This document shows positions 43,937 to 52,961 of a DNA stretch of 56,144 bases, one piece after another (within the stretch, counting starts at the first letter, position 1; each line of letters begins with the position of its first letter). A program made the position numbers and the translations under genes. The notes under the pieces are model-generated. The model was not told where the DNA came from, made no database searches, and saw only the letters and a list, made by a program, of their open reading frames with translations. Where the stretch lies: positions 1 to 56,144 of the IMG/VR virus record IMGVR_UViG_3300042197_002821; one strand, written 5' to 3'. Source of the DNA: a virus. Its lineage: Duplodnaviria > Caudoviricetes.

Positions 43937-44151
43937 GCGAGGAATCGAAAAAGCTGTCTTGGTGGGCTCGACTTTTTAGATCGAGGGCCAAACTCACATA
44001 TTGGTTGGGCAACGATACTTACGTGGTAGAAGTCAGCAAATTCACAGAAAAAAAAGAAGACTGCATAGTGTTCGTCGATTACTATACGCAGAAAACAGTG
44101 ATGGTCAAATATAGTAGGCCTATAACCTATGTTTTAGAGCAGATCAAATGA
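43933..44151 (+). CDS. Hypothetical protein
   Basis: ATGA coupling. Confidence 0.7.
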   Translation: MSEESKKLSWWARLFRSRAKLTYWLGNDTYVVEVSKFTEKKEDCIVFVDYYTQKTVMVKYSRPITYVLEQIK

Positions 44152-44163
44152 CGGAGCGAAATC

Positions 44164-44562
44164 ATGGTACAGAAAAAACTTTGTCGAGAATCTAGATATA
44201 ATAAGTATGACAGCGACTGGGACGGAACAGTCAGCGACAACGAAATCGACAATGCACAAGAAATGCTAGAACTAGAATTAAGAGAAGAAAAAGCAGACGC
44301 ACACAGACGTATGGCCTGGATGGCCATGATTTCCATGATCGTGTTTACTATAATACTATTTCTTCCTGTGGTGTCTGAAAGCCGCGTAGCAGCCTTAGCT
44401 GATCTCCTCGGACTGTTTTATATCGCACAAGCAGGTGTAGTTGGAGCATATATGGGTGTTACTGCGTGGATGAGCAAAGGAAACATTTCAGTACCTGTGA
44501 GTAGGATGTCGGCTGCGCCTGCTCCCAAACGTGTACCTCAGGCAGCCGAACCAGAACTATAA
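44164..44562 (+). CDS. Two-TM membrane protein, holin candidate, with EF-hand-like loop
   Basis: DSDWDGTVSDNE; two TM segments; in lysis cassette. Confidence 0.6.
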   Translation: MVQKKLCRESRYNKYDSDWDGTVSDNEIDNAQEMLELELREEKADAHRRMAWMAMISMIVFTIILFLPVVSESRVAALADLLGLFYIAQAGVVGAYMGVTAWMSKGNISVPVSRMSAAPAPKRVPQAAEPEL

Positions 44563-44572
44563 GGAGCAACTC

Positions 44573-44803
44573 ATGAAAGCATTATTAGTAGGTATTTTCG
44601 CAGGTATGATGGCCGTTTCGTCCTATGCTGCTGAAGCTAAAAAAGAAGAGCCGGAAACTAAAAAAGTCTGTGTAGATGTACAGGGCAAAGATGGTAAACC
44701 TGTGATCGATCCAAAAACCAAGCAACCAAAGCAGAACTGCACCACGGTTAAAGTTCGTCAAAAGTTCGAAGGGACCAAGATCGAAGACGCCAAGAAAAAA
44801 TAA
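44573..44803 (+). CDS. Small secreted protein
   Basis: AAGGAG SD; signal peptide; two Cys. Confidence 0.75.
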   Translation: MKALLVGIFAGMMAVSSYAAEAKKEEPETKKVCVDVQGKDGKPVIDPKTKQPKQNCTTVKVRQKFEGTKIEDAKKK

Positions 44804-44805
44804 TC

Positions 44806-44856
44806 TTGACATCACTGGAAAGGTATAGTATAATTACAGTATACTATACCTTTTTT
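44806..44856 (+). promoter_or_regulatory. sigma70 promoter overlapping a terminator-like hairpin
   Basis: TTGACA-17-TATAAT; aaggtatagtata/tatactatacctt then T run. Confidence 0.75.
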
Positions 44857-44861
44857 AATCT

Positions 44862-45674
44862 ATGACAGACTATTATCAGATATTAGGAGTTAACAGGAAT
44901 TCTTCACAGGATGATATCAAAAAAGCCTATCGAAAATTGGCTGCTAAACATCATCCGGACCGAGGAGGTGACACTGCCTCTTTCCAAAAAATACAAGAAG
45001 CCTATGATATCCTAGGCAACGACCAAAAACGGCAGCAATATGATAATCCAATGCCCGAAATGCGCCAATTTCATTTCCATTCGGGTCCTGGCGGATTCGA
45101 TGATATATTTGCGCAGTTTGGGTTCGGTGGCATGCGCAGGCAACCACAGAAAAATCGCCACATAAACATCACTGTCCAAATGACGTTAGAGGAAGTGCTT
45201 ACTGGTAAATCAGTGGTCGGTAACATACAGCTACCATCTGGAAGAGATCAATACATCGAACTGCAGATTCCGGCAGGTGTAAAAAACGGAGATAATATAA
45301 GATTTGGTGGGCTGGGCGATGACAGCATCCCCGGTCTTCCTCGAGGTGATTTAGTCGCAGTGATCAGAGAGCTGCCGCATGAAAAATTCGTGAGGAACGG
45401 AGCAGACATTATCACTACCGTAAAAACCAATATACTCGATATCATCGTCGGCGGTACCATAAAAGTAGAAACCTTGGATAAGAAAATCTTAGAAGTAACC
45501 GTACCGCAGAATTTTTCAGTAGACGGCAACCTCTGCTGCGGAGGCCACGGATTACCTGCGGTCAATTCAGCAAGGCGGGGGAATCTCTATATAAATCTCA
45601 GTTTGTCTAATCCAAAGCTGTCCCCCGAAGATGTAGAAGTGCTAAAAGCCATAAAGAAAAAATACTCAACATAA
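44862..45674 (+). CDS. DnaJ-class (CbpA-like) co-chaperone
   Basis: DYYQILGV, HPD, G/F region, C-terminal domain, no Zn finger. Confidence 0.92.
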   Translation: MTDYYQILGVNRNSSQDDIKKAYRKLAAKHHPDRGGDTASFQKIQEAYDILGNDQKRQQYDNPMPEMRQFHFHSGPGGFDDIFAQFGFGGMRRQPQKNRHINITVQMTLEEVLTGKSVVGNIQLPSGRDQYIELQIPAGVKNGDNIRFGGLGDDSIPGLPRGDLVAVIRELPHEKFVRNGADIITTVKTNILDIIVGGTIKVETLDKKILEVTVPQNFSVDGNLCCGGHGLPAVNSARRGNLYINLSLSNPKLSPEDVEVLKAIKKKYST

Positions 45675-45685
45675 TAGGAAAAACC

Positions 45686-47929
45686 ATGGTAGAACCCAGT
45701 GATCAACTTACCTCAGTATTCGAAAAAGCCGTCAGTGACTGCAAAAAACTAGACCACGAATACGTAACTCTAGAACATCTGATCTTTGCGATGTTCTGCG
45801 AAGAAAAGTTCTACGACCTAATATCTAACTTTGGTGCCGATGCCGATTATATCAAAGTTTCCCTAGAACACTATCTAAAAAACAATCTCACTGAGATCAA
45901 GATCGCAGAACCTACTAAGAATTTCAAACCCAAGAAAACACAGGCCGTAGAACGTGTGCTTAACCGAGCGTTCACGCAGGTCCTGTTCAGTGGCCGGCAG
46001 AACATAGAGTTGGTAGATGTGTTCCTAGCGGCTCTCAGCGAAAAGAGATCATACGCTGTCTACTATGTTACCAAAGGCGGCATAGACAAAGATAAGTTTG
46101 CTGAGTTCATCAACTCAGAAGCACCTGACGAGGAAATGCCAGCCAATGACTCACAGTTGGAAAAAGCTCTCAAAGAATACACTACCAATCTCAACGAACA
46201 GACCAAGAAGAACAAGATCGATCCAGTGATCGGACGATCGGAGGAGCTAGAACAGATCGCGCTGGGACTTGGACGTAGGACCAAGAACAACGTCCTGCTA
46301 GTTGGCGATCCTGGTGTAGGTAAAACTGCGATCGCAGAAGGTCTGGCCTATAACATCGTCAATGGCAATGTTCCTAACTTCCTCAAAGAATACACCGTTT
46401 ATAATCTCGATATCAGCAGCATGTTGGCCGGTTCTAAATATCGAGGAGACTTCGAAGAACGTTTCAAGATCGTGCTAAAAGCTCTGCAGACCAAAGGCAA
46501 AACTGTGCTGTTCATCGACGAAGCCCATATGATCTCCGGTGCAGGCGCAGGAGGTGGCAACAGTTCCAACGATCTAGCCAACATGATGAAGCCTGCACTG
46601 AGCAAAGGCAACATCAAAGTAGTGGCATCTACTACCTGGGAAGAATATCGCAAATATTTCGAAAAAGATCGTGCCCTGATGCGCAGATTCCAAAGGATCA
46701 CGGTAGACGAACCGTCACCAGAAATGAGCATTGAGATCCTCAGAGGCATCAAAAAATACTACGAGGATCATCACAAAGTAGAAATCACCGACGAAGCTAT
46801 CCAATCGGCGGTAAAACTGTCAGTGAAATACATGAACGATAAAAAACTACCCGACAAGGCCATCGATTTGATCGATGTAGCCTGTTCTAGGTTTAATATC
46901 AAAGACAGCGATACTCGTGTGATCGGTACCCAGGAAGTGCAGTTTGAGCTCAGTAAAATGGTCAAACTGCCCGAAGAAACTATCAAGGAAAAAGAAAGCA
47001 ACAATCTCGCAGGATTAGATAAGAACCTCAAGAGCGAAGTCTACGGGCAAGATGAAGCCATCGATGAAGTCGTAGACAAGATATTAGTAGCTCAAGCAGG
47101 ACTGAAACCCGAAAACAAACCCATTGGTAGCTTCGTGTTTATGGGCCCCACTGGTGTTGGTAAGACTGAAGCTGCCAAGCAGATTTCTAAGCATCTTGGT
47201 ATTCCTATGATACGTTTCGATATGAGCGAATATCAAGAGAAGCACTCAGTGTCGAAATTGATCGGTAGTCCTCCGGGCTATGTGGGCTTCGAAGAAAACG
47301 CAGGATTGCTGATCACGAAATTGCAGGAAAATCCACACTGCGTTCTACTGCTAGATGAGATAGAGAAAAGCCATCCTGATGTCAGTACCATCCTTTTACA
47401 GTTGATGGACAATGGTTTCGTCACTGGCAGCAATGGCAAAGTCGCAGATGCCCGAAACGTGATATTGATCATGACCACAAACCTAGGCGCATCAGAGGCT
47501 GAGAAGCTAAAGATTGGCTTCGGCAATCAGGAAAACGAATACGAAGACAAAGAAATCAAGAAATTCTTTGCACCAGAATTCCGCAATCGCTTAGACGGAG
47601 TGATCAGATTCGGCAGCCTCAGCAAAGAAACTATGATCAAGATCGTGGGCAAATTCCTCGTCGAGCTCAAAGAACAGATCAAAGACAAAGAAATCAAGAT
47701 CAAGATCGACAACGATGCCATCGATTACCTCGTAGACAAAGGATTCGATCGCAAGATGGGTGCAAGACCTCTGCAACGGGTCATAGACAAAGAAATCAAG
47801 CGTCCTTTGAGCAAAATGATGCTGTTCGGAGACTTGAAAAATGGCGGGAAGCTGTCGATAAACGTGTCTAATGATGGTTTAGAACTGATCACTGAACCAA
47901 AAGAGGATCTAGTTTCCGAAAGCAACTGA
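45686..47929 (+). CDS. clpA: ATP-dependent Clp protease ATPase subunit ClpA
   Basis: Clp N domain; two AAA+ modules (GDPGVGKT, GPTGVGKT); IGF loop; no M domain. Confidence 0.92.
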   Translation: MVEPSDQLTSVFEKAVSDCKKLDHEYVTLEHLIFAMFCEEKFYDLISNFGADADYIKVSLEHYLKNNLTEIKIAEPTKNFKPKKTQAVERVLNRAFTQVLFSGRQNIELVDVFLAALSEKRSYAVYYVTKGGIDKDKFAEFINSEAPDEEMPANDSQLEKALKEYTTNLNEQTKKNKIDPVIGRSEELEQIALGLGRRTKNNVLLVGDPGVGKTAIAEGLAYNIVNGNVPNFLKEYTVYNLDISSMLAGSKYRGDFEERFKIVLKALQTKGKTVLFIDEAHMISGAGAGGGNSSNDLANMMKPALSKGNIKVVASTTWEEYRKYFEKDRALMRRFQRITVDEPSPEMSIEILRGIKKYYEDHHKVEITDEAIQSAVKLSVKYMNDKKLPDKAIDLIDVACSRFNIKDSDTRVIGTQEVQFELSKMVKLPEETIKEKESNNLAGLDKNLKSEVYGQDEAIDEVVDKILVAQAGLKPENKPIGSFVFMGPTGVGKTEAAKQISKHLGIPMIRFDMSEYQEKHSVSKLIGSPPGYVGFEENAGLLITKLQENPHCVLLLDEIEKSHPDVSTILLQLMDNGFVTGSNGKVADARNVILIMTTNLGASEAEKLKIGFGNQENEYEDKEIKKFFAPEFRNRLDGVIRFGSLSKETMIKIVGKFLVELKEQIKDKEIKIKIDNDAIDYLVDKGFDRKMGARPLQRVIDKEIKRPLSKMMLFGDLKNGGKLSINVSNDGLELITEPKEDLVSESN

Positions 47930-47953
47930 TTTGCGAGCTAGGCATATAATAGC

Positions 47954-47960
47954 ATAAATA
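47954..47960 (+). promoter_or_regulatory. Late promoter motif ATAAATA within a start-codon-occluding hairpin
   Basis: tagcataaa/tttatgcta and taggca/tgccta arms cover ATG 47983. Confidence 0.65.
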
Positions 47961-47982
47961 ATTTGTTAACAGGGTTTATGCT

Positions 47983-48339
47983 ATGCCTACTTTCAAAGAA
48001 CTATTCGAAAATCTAAGCAGACCAGAAAATTGGTTGGAAGAAACCTATCACGGCGACGATTTTCATCTGATCTACGGTGAGATCGAAGAGACCCTAGAGG
48101 AAGCTGAATACCGAGGACGTAAAGTTTCCCTAGGGAAGCCCATGCAGGGCGATGTCAAAAAATTCAAAGTCTATGTACGCAACCCTCAAGGGAATGTAGT
48201 CAAGGTTAATTTTGGTGATCCTAACATGAAGATCAAGAAAAGCGATCCGGCTCGAAGAAAATCTTTTCGCGCTCGACACAACTGCGACAATCCCGGTCCT
48301 CGAACCAAGGCTCGTTATTGGAGCTGTCGCAAATGGTGA
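47983..48339 (+). CDS. Probable internal head protein (acidic leader, basic C-terminal domain)
   Basis: MPTFKELFE start; VNFG, RRKSFRARH.C, ARYWSC.KW. Confidence 0.75.
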   Translation: MPTFKELFENLSRPENWLEETYHGDDFHLIYGEIEETLEEAEYRGRKVSLGKPMQGDVKKFKVYVRNPQGNVVKVNFGDPNMKIKKSDPARRKSFRARHNCDNPGPRTKARYWSCRKW

Positions 48340-48343
48340 TATC

Positions 48344-48685
48344 ATGCTGCTAAGAGAATTCATAAATTTAAAAGAATTAGAAGACGTAGATCTCTGTGAC
48401 GATCTGCAGGTATTCATGCGCAACGATCCGTTGTTCTATAGAAAAATATTTTATCCAGAGATCGTTAAAGTCAGAGACAGGATAAAATCCGGAAAAAGAT
48501 GCGAGGAAACCTGTTTCAGAAACTGTGTCGATCGAGCTGCAGATGCTTACTGCGAAAAATTCAAAGTATCAACCAATCCGATCAGTGTGTTTACTGAAGT
48601 AGATCGAGACAAAGTCGCTAGACAGATTTTCGCCAAAGAGCGAGACAACATCATCAAAGGCCGATATGACAGGAGTGAAGGATGA
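48344..48685 (+). CDS. Hypothetical, probable internal head protein
   Basis: MLLREFINLKE start. Confidence 0.7.
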   Translation: MLLREFINLKELEDVDLCDDLQVFMRNDPLFYRKIFYPEIVKVRDRIKSGKRCEETCFRNCVDRAADAYCEKFKVSTNPISVFTEVDRDKVARQIFAKERDNIIKGRYDRSEG

Positions 48686-49413
48686 TCATTTCCGAAGGTG
48701 GTAACGTAATACAGGGAGCAGTTCCTTTAAACAAAGCTGACTTTCCTCTAGTGATGGCCAATCTCGAAAAGATCTTGCCTAAAGGTTTGAATCTCTATCC
48801 TATCGGTTCCGCAGGCAAAAAAGAAGTCAGTTCTGACATAGACGCTTTGATTGATGCTGAAGAGCTGATGGCTGCTTTTCCTGCCAAAGAATTAAAGTTC
48901 AGTCGCAAAGAACTAGAAGACTATTTCAAGGCCAAGGGACTGCAGGCTGCGAGAACAGGTGTCAGCGTGCATGTGGGAATTTCCATCGGCGATACTGATA
49001 AGTTAGTACAAGTAGATCTCATGGCTGTAGAAAAGGCAGCAGCCGCACAGCCATTGCACATGCATGACTATGATGATCCTACCATGAAGGGCGGTACTCT
49101 GCATGCCATGTGGGCCGACCTCGCTAATCTCAGCAGCGTAGAAGGTCATCCTAGCCTGATGATGAGTCCCTACAAAGGACTAGTAGATAGGCAGACCAAA
49201 CAGTTGGTCACCGGCGATAAAGATGAGATAGCCAAGATAATCATAGGACCCACTGCTTCTGCTGCCGACATGGGCAATCCTAAGAAAGTCCTAGCAGCCC
49301 TGCGCAACTATCCAAAGAAGTATCATGAAATCAAAAACAAGTATTTTCCCGACATGCAGGAAGGTACCAATGTTTGGTTCCGGCAGATGATCAACATAGC
49401 GAGCGTGAAATGA
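48682..49413 (+). CDS. Pol-beta-superfamily nucleotidyltransferase-like protein
   Basis: IGSAGKKEVSSDIDALID (GS...DxD) and VQVDLM third Asp. Confidence 0.7.
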   Translation: MIISEGGNVIQGAVPLNKADFPLVMANLEKILPKGLNLYPIGSAGKKEVSSDIDALIDAEELMAAFPAKELKFSRKELEDYFKAKGLQAARTGVSVHVGISIGDTDKLVQVDLMAVEKAAAAQPLHMHDYDDPTMKGGTLHAMWADLANLSSVEGHPSLMMSPYKGLVDRQTKQLVTGDKDEIAKIIIGPTASAADMGNPKKVLAALRNYPKKYHEIKNKYFPDMQEGTNVWFRQMINIASVK

Positions 49414-50576
49414 GAGCTCGAGAATTCATTCTCAGAGAAGCTGCGCCAGCTATTGGTAGGAAATACCAGCACATAGAAGATCTAGTTTTTACCAATGGCA
49501 GCGACGGTGGAATACATGCCGCTGAGAGACTGCGGTCAATGGCTGGTCAAAGTGGTACCATAGAACTGAAATGGGACGGCAGCCCTGTGGTCTATTGGGG
49601 TCGGACCGAAGATGGTCAATTCATGCTGATACCTAAGAACGCCTGGGAATATCTCAAGCGAGGCAAGACTGAGTTAGATGGTGGAATCAAAACAGCAATG
49701 GCCGAACCCGGAGACATCAGCAAGTTCATCCTCGGCACTGGTAAGCCGCCCGAGAACAAAGAAGCCGAAGTCAAAAGAAAACAGTATGCCCAACAACTAG
49801 CCAGCTTGTGGCCATATTTCGAAAAAGCCAGTCCTCCAGATGGATTCATCGAAGGCGGGCTATTATTCTATCCTGGAACTAAACCGGATGGCTCCACTGC
49901 AGCAGCCGTGTTAAATCAAGAAACAGGCGAGTACGAATTTACTCCCAATATCACTACGTTCCATATACATCGAGATTCTGATCTAGGTAAAAGGATAGCC
50001 AAAGCTAAGATCATGATAGCAGCTACAGGATATTACAAAAATCTAGGCAGCTCCGAGGAAACTAGATATCCTGGTGCGCAGGGATTATCTACTAATGACG
50101 TCATAGTACAGGGCACTACCTACGTAGAAAAGGCTCCTGAGATCGACGACAGGCTAGTAGATCAAGCCGAGCAATACATAGAACAGAATGCCGCTGTCAT
50201 AGATCAGTTCCTAGCGCCTAAACCTGGATTGAGCAAACCTGGAGAAATACTCTATAAGTTTTACAATCAGAACAAACGTGTAGCTGGTGTCAAAGAAAAA
50301 TTCCGTGCATGGGCCGCAGAAAATTTGTCTGCTGGACAGGCCAACAAAGTAATAGCAGACAAAGGATTAGACGTAGTATTAAATGCCGTGGAAATGTTGA
50401 CGACTGCTAAAATGGATATGATCAAGAAGATCAGTTCCGGAACACATGGCGGAGTTAGGCAGACCAAACCCGAGGGATATGTGCAGGCGCATCCAGGCGG
50501 TAAGTTTAAGAAAGATATTCCAGGTCAGTTCGTCAAAGCCATCGATCAAGATACATGGGCACCAAGGAAAGAATAA
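49410..50576 (+). CDS. RNA-ligase-like covalent nucleotidyltransferase
   Basis: Motif I ELKWDGSP, III-like FIEGG, IV EGYV, V FVKAI. Confidence 0.65.
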   Translation: MRAREFILREAAPAIGRKYQHIEDLVFTNGSDGGIHAAERLRSMAGQSGTIELKWDGSPVVYWGRTEDGQFMLIPKNAWEYLKRGKTELDGGIKTAMAEPGDISKFILGTGKPPENKEAEVKRKQYAQQLASLWPYFEKASPPDGFIEGGLLFYPGTKPDGSTAAAVLNQETGEYEFTPNITTFHIHRDSDLGKRIAKAKIMIAATGYYKNLGSSEETRYPGAQGLSTNDVIVQGTTYVEKAPEIDDRLVDQAEQYIEQNAAVIDQFLAPKPGLSKPGEILYKFYNQNKRVAGVKEKFRAWAAENLSAGQANKVIADKGLDVVLNAVEMLTTAKMDMIKKISSGTHGGVRQTKPEGYVQAHPGGKFKKDIPGQFVKAIDQDTWAPRKE

Positions 50577-50577
50577 C

Positions 50578-51234
50578 ATGTTTATAAGAGAACTATTCGA
50601 AAAAATATCCAGAACCGGTCAAGGTGATACCGCAGTAGTAGGTTGGGGTCGAGGTATGGGGCACAAGGGACACATGATGTTGGCCAGCTCCGTGATCACA
50701 CAGGCTAAAAAATCTAACGGAGATCCTTACTTCGTCGTTAGCAGGACCGTTGGTAAAGATGATCCACTGACCGCCGATGAAAAGATCGCTATCTATAAAA
50801 AAGTTTTTCCTAAACAGGGACATATATTCCAAGCAGCCAGCGACGAGATACCTGATCTAACAAAAGTATTATCCAACCTAAATCAACAAGGTTATAAAAA
50901 TGCTATAGTAGTCTTAGGTGCGGATCAGGTCAAAGCCTTCCAATATCTAAAACAATACAATGGTAAACCTAACAAAAAAGGTGAGATACCTTTTGATTTT
51001 GATAATCTAGAAGTTATCAGCAGGCAGGAAACTGGAGATCCTTCAGCAGGTGAAGAGGGGCCAAGGGCTACTCCGCTAAGGAACATCTTAAACGATCCTA
51101 CCGTATCTCCCGAAGAACAGTTCAAAGCATGGAGAGATGCCATGAGTCCTGAACTCAGTGACGACGAAGTTAGAGCACTTATGGCCAAGGCCAAAGAGAG
51201 AATGGCTCAATTCGCTGCACCTAAGAAAAAATAG
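50578..51234 (+). CDS. HIGH-motif (cytidylyltransferase/NMNAT-like) nucleotidyltransferase
   Basis: WGRGMGHKGH, DPLT..EK, VVLGADQ, ATPLR. Confidence 0.7.
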   Translation: MFIRELFEKISRTGQGDTAVVGWGRGMGHKGHMMLASSVITQAKKSNGDPYFVVSRTVGKDDPLTADEKIAIYKKVFPKQGHIFQAASDEIPDLTKVLSNLNQQGYKNAIVVLGADQVKAFQYLKQYNGKPNKKGEIPFDFDNLEVISRQETGDPSAGEEGPRATPLRNILNDPTVSPEEQFKAWRDAMSPELSDDEVRALMAKAKERMAQFAAPKKK

Positions 51235-51235
51235 C

Positions 51236-51454
51236 ATGGACGAGCTCGATCGTATCAAGAAGTTAGCGGGCGTCAGCGAATTCAAAGGTTGGCAACCAGT
51301 GGCCACAGAAAACATTTCACATACTGGCACAGAAAAACATCGTCTTGAGCGAGAAATGAACATACGACCCGGTGATCTGGATTGGTTTAAGCTATGGTTC
51401 AGCCGGCCGTATTGGTTGGGCTTCCCACCTAAGTTTCGAGGTAGAAAGGCATGA
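51236..51454 (+). CDS. Small hypothetical head-associated protein
   Basis: MDELDRIKKLAGVSE start; same L.RI..L.G motif ends ORF 54248. Confidence 0.7.
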   Translation: MDELDRIKKLAGVSEFKGWQPVATENISHTGTEKHRLEREMNIRPGDLDWFKLWFSRPYWLGFPPKFRGRKA

Positions 51455-52758
51455 AGATCTCCGAGGTCGTCAACGAAGCAAAGAGAAAGAGACGGAGAAA
51501 GCGTGTTAAAGGTGCTGCCTACGGTCCGGGACCATTTGGCATGTACGGTACTGCCGTAGGCTATAGCGGAGCCGGTGGTGGTGGTGCAGGTGTTGCTGTA
51601 GGTGAGGCAGCCTATCCAGGAAATCTAGGAGCAATGGAACTAGCAGCTTTCTTCAAGAAAGCTACTCCACAACAAAAGGCCCTGTTAAAAAAATTCATAG
51701 AAGAAAAAAACAGTCGTTCAGCTTGGGCATTGATCAAAAAAATCACAGGCACTGAACTAGTAGGCAAAGAGTTTAACGAGGGAGAATACGTACAAGTAAC
51801 TTTAGATAACGGTGAAAAGAAATATCTACGTACTTTCGGAAAAAGAAACAAAGACATAATCAATTATTTTCGCAAGCTAGGACACCAAGTAGCCTGCATC
51901 GATAATCAATGCCCCCCATCAATAAAAGAAGATAACTTAGACGAAGGGTGGCGAGATTGGATAGCAGGTGCTGCGTTAGGTGCCGGTGTCGCTTTAAGCG
52001 GGCCTGCAGCAGCTGACGTAGAAAGAGTACAGGTACAAAAGGGTGATACCGTATATTCTATAGCTAAAGCGTTTAGTACTACCCCGCAGGTCATACAAAA
52101 ACTAAACAAACTAGATAAAAATTTTACGGTCAAACCTGGTCAAGAAATCAAAGTACCGAAATGGCCTGAAGTCAAAGAACCAGAGAAAAAGAAGCCAGAG
52201 AAAAAGAAGTCAGAGAAAAAACTCGATGTTAGTAAAACACTGACAGGTACCATGCACGAAGCTATATTAATCAGAGAAGCTAACCGTGCGGGAATAACCG
52301 ATCCGGTAGAACTAGCAGCGTTATTGTCACAGGCCGCTCACGAAAGCCATGATTTTAAATCTATGGTAGAATATGGCGGGAGCTTAGATTTTAAAAAGTA
52401 TGATCCTAAATATGCTCCCAAGAAGGCACGAGCTTTAGGAAATACCAAAGTGGGCGATGGTGCTAGATACAAAGGTCGAGGATACATACAGCTTACTGGT
52501 CGTTACAATTATAAACGTGCCGGTGAGGCTCTAGGCTTGCCTTTAGAAGCTAAACCAGAACTAGCAGAAAAACCAGAAATAGCTGCGAAAATAGCAGTAT
52601 GGTTTTGGAAGCAGCGTGTACAACCAAACGTGAATAATTTTGATGATGTTAGATCTGTGACCAAGCCTATAAATCCAGGCCTGGCTGGACTACAGGATAG
52701 AAAAGTAGCTTTCCAAGATTTCATAAACTTTACAAAATCTCTAGGAAGATCTATATGA
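51451..52758 (+). CDS. Modular protein ending in LysM + GH19 glycoside hydrolase
   Basis: VQKGDTVYSIAK...PGQEIKVP LysM; AAHES, YKGRGYIQLTGRYNY GH19. Confidence 0.85.
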   Translation: MKISEVVNEAKRKRRRKRVKGAAYGPGPFGMYGTAVGYSGAGGGGAGVAVGEAAYPGNLGAMELAAFFKKATPQQKALLKKFIEEKNSRSAWALIKKITGTELVGKEFNEGEYVQVTLDNGEKKYLRTFGKRNKDIINYFRKLGHQVACIDNQCPPSIKEDNLDEGWRDWIAGAALGAGVALSGPAAADVERVQVQKGDTVYSIAKAFSTTPQVIQKLNKLDKNFTVKPGQEIKVPKWPEVKEPEKKKPEKKKSEKKLDVSKTLTGTMHEAILIREANRAGITDPVELAALLSQAAHESHDFKSMVEYGGSLDFKKYDPKYAPKKARALGNTKVGDGARYKGRGYIQLTGRYNYKRAGEALGLPLEAKPELAEKPEIAAKIAVWFWKQRVQPNVNNFDDVRSVTKPINPGLAGLQDRKVAFQDFINFTKSLGRSI

Positions 52759-52955
52759 AAGTACGTGAAATAATTTCCGAAAACTTTGCGGATGGCAAAG
52801 TAAAGGGCAAGAGCCGTCCTGGTAGAGTTAAAAAATCAGGGGCTAGTTGTAAAGGTTCTGTAACAGATCTTAGAGCTCGTGCTAAGAAATACGGTGGCGA
52901 AAAAGGAAAGATGTATCATTGGTGTGCTAATATGAAAGGCGGTAAGAATAAATAA
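52755..52955 (+). CDS. Small basic probable internal head protein
   Basis: MKVREIISE start; Lys/Gly-rich. Confidence 0.7.
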   Translation: MKVREIISENFADGKVKGKSRPGRVKKSGASCKGSVTDLRARAKKYGGEKGKMYHWCANMKGGKNK

Positions 52956-52961
52956 CATATT

